Shown here: positions 56,660-64,000 of the stretch, in pieces
How the letters are laid out: every line of letters begins with the position of its first letter
Position numbering within the stretch: position 1 is the stretch's first letter
Assembly: GCF_002087085.1 (NCBI RefSeq)
Contig: NZ_MWQY01000007.1
Coordinates: forward strand, 124,001 to 188,000
Reading direction: 5' to 3'
DNA length: 64,000 bases
Program-made: the position numbers and the translations under genes
Notes under the pieces: generated by a model
The model's database searches: none
Seen by the model: only the letters and a program-made list of their open reading frames with translations
What the model was told of the DNA's origin: nothing

Positions 56660-58114
56660 ATGAAAGAGATTTCTTTAAGCCTTGATAATCTTGATGAACT
56701 TTTTTCCGAAACCCTGGACCAGGCGCAAACCGCGGCTGCCAAGACCCTCTTCCTCAAAAAACTGGCGGAGTCTTCCCACCGCTTTTACGGGGGGAAAATG
56801 CAGACTCTGCCCAAGGCGGGGGTCTTCGGCTTCAACTGGTTCAACGTCTGGTACACCCCCGGGGTGTCGCAGATCTCAACCACCATCCGGGACAACAATC
56901 AATCCTCCTGGGAACTCTCCAACCGCGGCAACCTGGTGGCGGTAGTCAGTGACTCGACCCGGGTCCTGGGGGACGGTAACTGTACACCCCCGGGAGGTTT
57001 GGGGGTCATGGAAGGCAAGGCCTTTCTGATGAAGTATCTCGGCGGAATCGACGCCACCGCGGTCTGCATGGACAGCCGTAACGAGCAGGGTGAACACGAT
57101 CCTGACGCCATAATCGAGTTTGTAAAACGTCTGCAACCCTCCTTCGGTGCCGTCAACCTGGAAGACATCTCCCAGCCCAACTGCTACAAGGTGCTGGACA
57201 CCCTCAGGGAGGAGTGTGAGATACCTGTCTGGCACGACGACGCCCAGGGAACAGCCTGCGTCACCCTGGCGGGACTTATCAATGCCCTGAAGGTGGCGGA
57301 AAAAAAGATGGAAGAGGTCAGGATCGTGATGCTGGGCGCAGGGGCCTCCAACGCCACCATTGCCCGCATCATAATCAAAGCCGGAGGGAACCCGGAGAAT
57401 ATGATCATCTTCGATTCCAAGGGCTCCCTCCACGCCGGACGGGAGGACATCCGGGCTGATTCCCGTTTCTACCGAAAATGGGACCTCTGCCTCAAAACCA
57501 ACCCCAAAAAAATCCCCACAGTAGAAGAAGCAATCAAGGGAGCGGATGTACTTATCGCTCTTTCAAAGCCCGGTCCTGATACGGTCAAGCCCGAATGGAT
57601 CAGTTCCATGGCCCCGAAATCGATCGTGTTCGCCTGTGCAAACCCTGTGCCGGAGATTTATCCCTACGCAGCCAAAGAAGCGGGAGCCTTTATCGTCGCC
57701 ACCGGCAGGGGAGATTTTCCCAACCAGGTAAACAATTCCGTCGGTTTCCCGGGGATACTGAAAGGGGCTCTCCTTGTACGGGCCGGAAAGATCTCCGACG
57801 GCATGACCATCGCGGCAGCCGAATCCCTGGCAAGCTTCGCCGAGAAACGGGGAATCGGCCCGGACAATATAATCGCCACCATGGACGAGACCGGGGTGTT
57901 TCCCTACGAGGCCGCGGATGTCGCCCTCCAGGCAATGAAAGAAGGACTCGCTCGTCTGAGCCTGACCCGGGAGGAGATCTACGCGGCGGCTGAAAGGGAC
58001 ATCAAGGAAGCCCGGGAGCTGACCAGAATGATGATCGACGGCGGATATATTCAGCAGCCGCCCCAGGAAATGCTTCAGGAGGCCTTCGAATGGGCCCTGG
58101 CAAGACTGGAATGA
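56660..58114 (+). CDS. NAD(P)-dependent malic enzyme
   Basis: YTPGV, VLGDG, MEGKA, NLEDI, HDDAQGT, GAGA, ANPVPEI, TGRGDFPNQVNN. Confidence 0.92.
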   Translation: MKEISLSLDNLDELFSETLDQAQTAAAKTLFLKKLAESSHRFYGGKMQTLPKAGVFGFNWFNVWYTPGVSQISTTIRDNNQSSWELSNRGNLVAVVSDSTRVLGDGNCTPPGGLGVMEGKAFLMKYLGGIDATAVCMDSRNEQGEHDPDAIIEFVKRLQPSFGAVNLEDISQPNCYKVLDTLREECEIPVWHDDAQGTACVTLAGLINALKVAEKKMEEVRIVMLGAGASNATIARIIIKAGGNPENMIIFDSKGSLHAGREDIRADSRFYRKWDLCLKTNPKKIPTVEEAIKGADVLIALSKPGPDTVKPEWISSMAPKSIVFACANPVPEIYPYAAKEAGAFIVATGRGDFPNQVNNSVGFPGILKGALLVRAGKISDGMTIAAAESLASFAEKRGIGPDNIIATMDETGVFPYEAADVALQAMKEGLARLSLTREEIYAAAERDIKEARELTRMMIDGGYIQQPPQEMLQEAFEWALARLE

Positions 58115-58124
58115 AACTGTGAAG

Positions 58125-58805
58125 CTATCTCTGACTTGAATACACCACCAGAGGACGGCCGACCTTCCGGTATTCGAAATCCTTGGAAACCAGGCCTCTT
58201 TCGTGGAGGTATTCAAGATACCTCCGGACGGTGATCTTCGAAAGGGAGACCCGGCTTATTACATCCTCGATGGTAAAGGATGTATGTAACGAATCAAGGG
58301 CCTCAATTATTCTGTCCAGGGTATATCGCGTTATACCCTTGGGCAGTTTTTCCATGGAATCGGGATGCTGATTATAGGCAACAAATTCATTGATTTTTTC
58401 CTGGTTGTAATGCCTGTTCTCATTCAGGGAATCCTTGTAGTCCCGGTATTGTTCAAGGGCGTCCCTGAAGCGGGTAAAGGCAAAGGGTTTTACGATATAA
58501 TCGAAGATGCCGTATCGCATGGAGCATTCAACTGTTTCCGCATCATGGGCTGCAGTAATAAGAATGATGTCCGCGGCGTATTCATGTTTTCGAACCATCT
58601 TCAGGAGTTCGGTCCCATGCATATCGGGAAGATAAATATCGAGAATAATCAGATCTATCGGATTGTTTTCCAGATAGGTCAGCGCCTCTGCGGCATCTTT
58701 GGCAATCTTCTCAACACTGAAGCCGCTAACCTCTTCAGCAAATTCTTTGTTGATCTCGGCAACTTTAAAATCATCCTCTACTATCATCGTTCTGATGCTT
58801 TTCAT
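58125..58805 (-). CDS. CitB/DcuR/MalR family response regulator
   Basis: EDD, LDIYLPD, ITAA, LPKGI, TVRRYLEYL, GRP. Confidence 0.92.
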   Translation of the reverse strand: MKSIRTMIVEDDFKVAEINKEFAEEVSGFSVEKIAKDAAEALTYLENNPIDLIILDIYLPDMHGTELLKMVRKHEYAADIILITAAHDAETVECSMRYGIFDYIVKPFAFTRFRDALEQYRDYKDSLNENRHYNQEKINEFVAYNQHPDSMEKLPKGITRYTLDRIIEALDSLHTSFTIEDVISRVSLSKITVRRYLEYLHERGLVSKDFEYRKVGRPLVVYSSQR

Positions 58806-58987
58806 ATGCGCCCCCGCACATCATCCCTGACAGTGATACAATACCTCCGTTACCGATATCCGTTCTCTGTCGCTGCAAGACATGATAGGAGAGAAAACTT
58901 GACCAGTCAAGAAAGAAAAACCGCGGTCTCGTCACCGTTCCATGGCACTCGGGAGAAAACCGTGATAGGCTGTGGAGGTTTTTCAGC

Positions 58988-60559
58988 ATGAAACAGGTAT
59001 TTTCCCTGCAGGCCAGAATCTTTCTGTTCATCGCCGTGCTGCTCCTCTTTGCCCTGGGCATCGAAATAATCACCTTTAACAAGCAGATTGAGCAGCATAT
59101 AATCAACGAAGGAAAGAGGCAGACCCTCACCATCGCGGATACAGTCTCCCGGGACCCCAGGATTATCGAAGCTTTTTCTGAGGCGGACCCTTCATCCACA
59201 ATCCAGCCTGTAACAAAAAACCTGCAGGAGATGACGGGTGTGAGTTTTATCGTCGTCATGAACATGGAGTCCATCCGTTATTCCCATCCGGAACCCGACA
59301 GAATCGGCAAGCATTTTGTGGGCGGTGATGAACAGGAAGCCATCCGGGGAAAACGGTATACCTCCACAGCAAAGGGCACTCTGGGGATTTCCCTCAGGAG
59401 CTTTGTACCCATCCTCTCGGAAGACGGGCAGATTGGGGTGGTCTCCGTGGGCAAGCTGCTGACGGATATAAAAAACCAGCAGCGAAAATATACGGCGGTA
59501 CTGAACCTGCTGACCCTCGGAACCCTTGTTATAGGACTGATCGGTGCAATCCTGTTGTCCAGGAATATCAAGAAAACCATCTTCGGACTGGAACCCTACG
59601 AGATTGCCGCCCTTATGGAGGAAAGGGATATTCTTCTTTCCAGCATAAACGAGGGAATCATCGCCATTGACAGAGAGCGCACTATAATCGAGTTGAATGA
59701 AAACGCAAAACGACTGTTATCCCTGGACGGCGATTGTATCGGAAAACCGCTGCAGGAACTGTTCCCGGAGACACGGCTTCCGGAGATTATGAAATCCGGA
59801 ATCCCCCTCATCGATCAGGAGGAGACCATAAACGGTCGAATCGTCCTCTGCAGCCGTAAACCGATGATATCCAGGGGAGAAACAATAGGGGCTGTCGCCT
59901 CCTACCGCGATATGAGCGAAATCAGGAAACTGGCCGAGGAACTTACAGAAGTAAAAAGTTACATAAACGCCCTGCGGGCCCAGCACCACGAACACCTGAA
60001 CAAGCTCCATGTAATATCCGGCCTGATTCAGCTGCACCGTTTTAAGGAAGCCGCCAGTTACATTACCGCCACCATGACAAAGCAGCAGGAACTCTTCGAC
60101 TTCCTGAGGAACAGGATCGGATCGCCGGCTATCTCCGGACTGCTGCTGGCGAAAATAAAAGAGGCGGGGGAGAACCACATTGAATGCACAATTGATCCAG
60201 AAAGCTCTTTTCCCAGGATACATACGGAAAATGTGGATTCCTTTGTAATAATCATAGGAAACCTCATTCAAAACGCCATAGACGCCCTTAAAACGGATAA
60301 AGCCTCAGTGAAGAAAATCACGGTTCTCCTGAAGCACGGGACAGATTCTATACTGATCGGGGTTCGGGATACCGGACCGGGAATCCCGAAGAAGTACCAT
60401 GACCTGATCTTCACCAAAGGCTATACCACCAAGGAGGAATCGGGAAAACGAGGCTACGGACTCTTTCTGCTGAAGCAGCACGTATCCAGACTGGATGGGT
60501 CCATAGAGATAGAAACCTCAGGAGGAACCTGCTTTGTGGTAAAAATACCGAGGCATTAG
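58988..60559 (+). CDS. CitA/DcuS/MalK family sensor kinase
   Basis: sCache RYSHP...IG...GTLG.S.R, PAS, LRAQHHEHLNKLH, GNLIQNA, GYGL. Confidence 0.93.
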   Translation: MKQVFSLQARIFLFIAVLLLFALGIEIITFNKQIEQHIINEGKRQTLTIADTVSRDPRIIEAFSEADPSSTIQPVTKNLQEMTGVSFIVVMNMESIRYSHPEPDRIGKHFVGGDEQEAIRGKRYTSTAKGTLGISLRSFVPILSEDGQIGVVSVGKLLTDIKNQQRKYTAVLNLLTLGTLVIGLIGAILLSRNIKKTIFGLEPYEIAALMEERDILLSSINEGIIAIDRERTIIELNENAKRLLSLDGDCIGKPLQELFPETRLPEIMKSGIPLIDQEETINGRIVLCSRKPMISRGETIGAVASYRDMSEIRKLAEELTEVKSYINALRAQHHEHLNKLHVISGLIQLHRFKEAASYITATMTKQQELFDFLRNRIGSPAISGLLLAKIKEAGENHIECTIDPESSFPRIHTENVDSFVIIIGNLIQNAIDALKTDKASVKKITVLLKHGTDSILIGVRDTGPGIPKKYHDLIFTKGYTTKEESGKRGYGLFLLKQHVSRLDGSIEIETSGGTCFVVKIPRH

Positions 60560-60596
60560 TTGCATTTTTACACTTATACTGTATAATTAGTGTAAA
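60560..60596 (+). promoter_or_regulatory. tetR-MMPL promoter with overlapping palindromic operator
   Basis: TTGCAT (60560-60565), 16-nt spacer, TATAAT (60582-60587). Inverted repeat tttacact (60567-60574) / agtgtaaa (60589-60596). Confidence 0.7.
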
Positions 60597-60598
60597 TT

Positions 60599-61231
60599 AT
60601 GTCCCAGGGTATGAAAAACAGGATCATCCAGGGAGCCGCCGAGCTCTTTACCCGTTTCGGTTACGCCAAGGTCAGAATGGAAGAGATTTCTGAGCGTCTT
60701 GGAATCAGCAAGAAAACTATTTATAACCATTTCGCCAGCAAAGAGACTCTTTTCAACTCGATGATCGAGACCATGGTAGAACGTATCAGCTCCGAGATGG
60801 AGCGGATTACCGACGACCTTTCCATTCCTTTTCCGGAAAAGCTCAACCGTATTCTGGAACACGCTTATCATGAGATCGGCATGAAGGATTCCGCTTTCTT
60901 CAAGGACCTGAACCGATACCACGAGGGCCTTGATTCCCGTCCCATCGTACTTCTCAGAGAGTCCACCCTGGACGTCATTACCAAGCTTATCCAGCAGGCG
61001 GAAGAGGAGGGGATTATAGCCGTTTCGATTCCCCGACAGCGCCTTGCTCAGGTTTTTCAGAATATTGTGGAAGGAGTTACCTCGCAAAAACACCGGGAAG
61101 AGAGCGCTGTATCCCGGGTCCAGGTACTCAAGGACAGTGTAAAGATAACCCTGGAAGGAATACTGACCCCCAAAGGCAGGGATCTTCTCACGGATTCAGT
61201 CCTGAAACCGGTCATCCCGCTGGAAGGGTAA
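60599..61231 (+). CDS. TetR/AcrR family regulator
   Basis: IIQGAAELF...GY...MEEI...GISKKTIYNHFASKETL HTH. Confidence 0.93.
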   Translation: MSQGMKNRIIQGAAELFTRFGYAKVRMEEISERLGISKKTIYNHFASKETLFNSMIETMVERISSEMERITDDLSIPFPEKLNRILEHAYHEIGMKDSAFFKDLNRYHEGLDSRPIVLLRESTLDVITKLIQQAEEEGIIAVSIPRQRLAQVFQNIVEGVTSQKHREESAVSRVQVLKDSVKITLEGILTPKGRDLLTDSVLKPVIPLEG

Positions 61232-61237
61232 ACCTTT

Positions 61238-63898
61238 ATGAAACTGCTTTATCGCTACCCCATGATCAACATACTGCTGTTTCTCGGAATAACCCTGTTC
61301 TTTAGCCTGCAGCTTCCGGATCTGAGATTCGATAACGAGGTACTGAACTTTCTGCCCGAGGACAACCCCGCCAGGCTCGCGGTGAAGGAACAGCAGGAGC
61401 TCTTCGGCGGAGTCATGCTGATCGATGTGGCTATGGAAGCCCCGGAGGACAGCATCCTGCAGCCCGAAGCCCTTGGAATCCTGCGGGATATAACCCGCCG
61501 TATGGAAGAAATTCCCGGCGTGGAGGAGGTGAAGTCCCTCTTCTCCACTGACTACATTCGAGGAACCCGGGGAGGAATGGTCGTTGAAGCCCTGATCCCC
61601 GGGGAGGGGCCCTATACCCCGGAGGACGCGGCGGCCCTCAAAGAGAAGCTGATCTCCTGGAAGATCTATCATGGTCTCCTGATCTCCCGGGATTACAGCG
61701 CAACCCAGATCGGGGTCCGCTATTCAACTGAGCTCAGTCCGGAGGAACAGGAGACCATCTATCGGGAAATCCTGAATATAACCGATACGTACGCCGAGAC
61801 CCCCTATCGTTTCCATGTTGCCGGAACACCAGCCCTCACCGTCCTTGTCAGCAATAATATGCGCAGTGACCTGAAAACCCTGGTTCCCTTCGTGCTGATT
61901 GTGCTTCTGCTTGTCCTGAGTCTTACCTTCCGCCGCCTCCTGGGGGTTCTGCTCCCGATGATTACCGTGAGCATCAGCACTGTCTGGATTATCGGTGTCA
62001 TGGCGCTGCTGCATATCCCCCTGTCGATACTCGGCACGGTCATCCCGGTACTGATGCTGGCTGTGGGATCGGCCTACGGAATTCACCTGATGAGCCGCTA
62101 TTTCGACGAAGCCGATCCGAAGGAGGAGCAGAGGGAGATAGTCTTCAGAACGTTGCGCCACGTGGGGCAGCCTGTCGCCCTCGCAGGAATAACCACAATC
62201 ATCGGCTTCGGTTCCCTGGGAGTCAGTCAAATTGTTCCCATGCGCAGCTTCGGCATTTTTACCGCCCTGGGGGTCGTAATCGCCCTGATTACCGCCCTGC
62301 TCTTTCTGCCGTCTGTCCTGCTCCTGAGGCGGCGACCATATCAGAAGAGGCGTCCGGGCACAGGCAGCGGAGGGGTCTTCATGAGAACCCTTCTGGAGAA
62401 GCTGCTCGCTAATACCACGAAGGGGAAAACCGCCGTACTCGTTATTGCTCTCCTCGTAAGCCTCGGTGCCGCCTGGGGCGCCGCACAGCTGATTGTGGAT
62501 AACGCCCTGGTGGAATACTTCAAGGATTCCACCCACATAAGGATTTCCGACCGTTTTATCCGGGAAAAGTTCGTGGGGACCAAAAGCTTCGACATCATCA
62601 TCTCAGGGGAAAAGCCCGGCGACATGGCGGAGCCCCGGATACTCGCCGCCATGGATAAACTCGCCGCCTGGCTGGAAAAGAACTATTCACAGGTTGCGAA
62701 GGTCGTCTCCTTCTCCGATTTCATTCGGCGAATGAACCAGGTCATGCACGTTGACGAACCGGGGAAACTGGGCTCCGAAAACATTCCGGCTGCAGACAGC
62801 AGCTGGAGTGAAAGCGAGGAATGGTCGGAATCCGCCTTCTCACGGAACGATCCGAAAAGCGGCACGGAGCATGACCCCTGGGCGGAAGCCGCCGCCTGGA
62901 GTACCGGTCCGGAGATCCAGGAAACGAAACAGGCCAACACCGCTGCAGCGGACCCATATACCGCGGCGGCGGAACTTCTGTTCCAGGCCTGCGCCGGGGC
63001 CGATACCATGGAGATTGGAACCTCCGAACTGATCCGCCTTACCGGAGTCCTTACCAACCGCGACGGCCTTGCCTGGGACGAGATCCCCGCCGATCCGCTG
63101 CGTTACGGACTGGAAAGCCCTGAGGATCTCAGGAATCTGATAAGCCAGTACCTGCTGCTCTACTCCGGGAGCCTGGACTCCTTCGCCGACGACGGCCTGG
63201 AACCCCGGACCGCCCGCATGGCCGTCAGCCTCTCAACACCGGGAAATATCTTTACAAAGGAACTACTGCAGGCAATCGAAACCTTTGTGTCAAAGAACTT
63301 CCCCCCCGGGTACTCCGTCGGGTATGCCGGAATCGCCCTTGCAGAGAAGGCGGTGAGTGATCTTGTTACCGGGGCTGCGATTCAGAGTATCCTGCTATCC
63401 CTGGCAGCTGTTTTCATTATCGTTTCACTGAACCACCGTTCCCTGGCGGTCGGACTTATCGGCGCAGTCCCCCTGGGACTGACCGTGCTGATAAACTTTG
63501 GAGTGATGGGGATAAGCGGTATAAAACTGGACATCGCGACCTCCATGGTGGGAAGCGTTGCCATCGGGATCGGTATTGACTACACCATCCATTTTCTGTC
63601 CGCCTACCGCCAGGCCCGCCTGGTAACGGAGGATGTATCCCAGGTTACCGCATCGGCTCTCCGGACCAGCGGAAAAGCCATCATCTATAATGCCCTGTCT
63701 GTAGCGGCGGGCTTCCTGGTACTGGGTTTCTCCCGTTTCAATCCCCTCATGTACCTGGGGATTCTGATTTCCCTTACCATGATTACATCCGCCGTTGCCT
63801 CACTGACCGTGGTTCCCGGACTCCTCAATACCTTCAAGCCTGCAGGCATGGCAAGGAGTCCAGGACCTCACCTGACCAATCAAAAGGAGGATACGTAA
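61238..63898 (+). CDS. MMPL/RND family transporter
   Basis: Two repeats of TM1-loop-5TM; GSAYGIH, GIGIDYTIH, GKAIIYNA. Confidence 0.9.
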   Translation: MKLLYRYPMINILLFLGITLFFSLQLPDLRFDNEVLNFLPEDNPARLAVKEQQELFGGVMLIDVAMEAPEDSILQPEALGILRDITRRMEEIPGVEEVKSLFSTDYIRGTRGGMVVEALIPGEGPYTPEDAAALKEKLISWKIYHGLLISRDYSATQIGVRYSTELSPEEQETIYREILNITDTYAETPYRFHVAGTPALTVLVSNNMRSDLKTLVPFVLIVLLLVLSLTFRRLLGVLLPMITVSISTVWIIGVMALLHIPLSILGTVIPVLMLAVGSAYGIHLMSRYFDEADPKEEQREIVFRTLRHVGQPVALAGITTIIGFGSLGVSQIVPMRSFGIFTALGVVIALITALLFLPSVLLLRRRPYQKRRPGTGSGGVFMRTLLEKLLANTTKGKTAVLVIALLVSLGAAWGAAQLIVDNALVEYFKDSTHIRISDRFIREKFVGTKSFDIIISGEKPGDMAEPRILAAMDKLAAWLEKNYSQVAKVVSFSDFIRRMNQVMHVDEPGKLGSENIPAADSSWSESEEWSESAFSRNDPKSGTEHDPWAEAAAWSTGPEIQETKQANTAAADPYTAAAELLFQACAGADTMEIGTSELIRLTGVLTNRDGLAWDEIPADPLRYGLESPEDLRNLISQYLLLYSGSLDSFADDGLEPRTARMAVSLSTPGNIFTKELLQAIETFVSKNFPPGYSVGYAGIALAEKAVSDLVTGAAIQSILLSLAAVFIIVSLNHRSLAVGLIGAVPLGLTVLINFGVMGISGIKLDIATSMVGSVAIGIGIDYTIHFLSAYRQARLVTEDVSQVTASALRTSGKAIIYNALSVAAGFLVLGFSRFNPLMYLGILISLTMITSAVASLTVVPGLLNTFKPAGMARSPGPHLTNQKEDT

Positions 63899-64000
63899 TG
63901 AGCAGGAAAATCTTTTTTCTGGCGAGTATTCTGTTCCTCTCTGCTGCCGCTGCAAACGCCCAGACCGGGCGTGAGATAATGGAATGGCTGGACGCTGCAA
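63898..64000 (+). CDS. Exported protein, probably LolA-like lipoprotein-sorting protein (3'-truncated)
   Basis: TAATG-coupled to the MMPL gene; signal peptide MSRKIFFLASILFLSAAAANA then QTGREIM; typical position after MMPL. Confidence 0.6.
   Translation, partial: MSRKIFFLASILFLSAAAANAQTGREIMEWLDAA

Noticed and set aside
58881..58900. TGGCAC as a possible sigma54 -24 element
   Set aside because: No TTGC -12 element at the required spacing.

Overview
A 64-kb chromosomal window from a GC-rich spirochaete-like bacterium. The lineage is inferred from the cheR-cheB pair, the pyrG-lptCAB-rpoN-hpf-hprK-HPr...lexA-holA gene order and the MMPL/LolA-like pair. The left ~27 kb is mostly housekeeping: RNHCP-rsgA, a thioesterase, oadGAB, hsp20, ymdB-rseC, cheRB, the long pyrG-holA run, uvrC and mmsA. 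At ~27.2-38.1 kb is a sharply AT-rich catabolic island: a two-component system, a sugar ABC transporter, split transketolase, an RpiB-type isomerase, an Fe-ADH, a TauE exporter and a transaldolase, with no sugar kinase. It is followed by a type III-like restriction-modification pair whose Res subunit carries an extra C-terminal domain with a HEPN-like motif, and by a CGGC gene flanked by 9-nt-periodic nested repeats. The right part holds uraA with a leader-peptide/terminator attenuator, a divergent deoC, copB, an adenylate cyclase plus HEAT-repeat protein, a TRAP/malic enzyme/CitAB-family module and tetR-MMPL. Best candidates for undescribed biology: (1) a kinase-free transketolase/transaldolase pathway for an already anionic sugar; (2) the Res-HEPN fusion; (3) uORF attenuators upstream of RNHCP-rsgA and uraA; (4) the repeat element at 43.7-44.6 kb. 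No rRNA, tRNA, CRISPR array, integrase or transposase was recognised. All family assignments come from motif recognition by eye; no database search was run.
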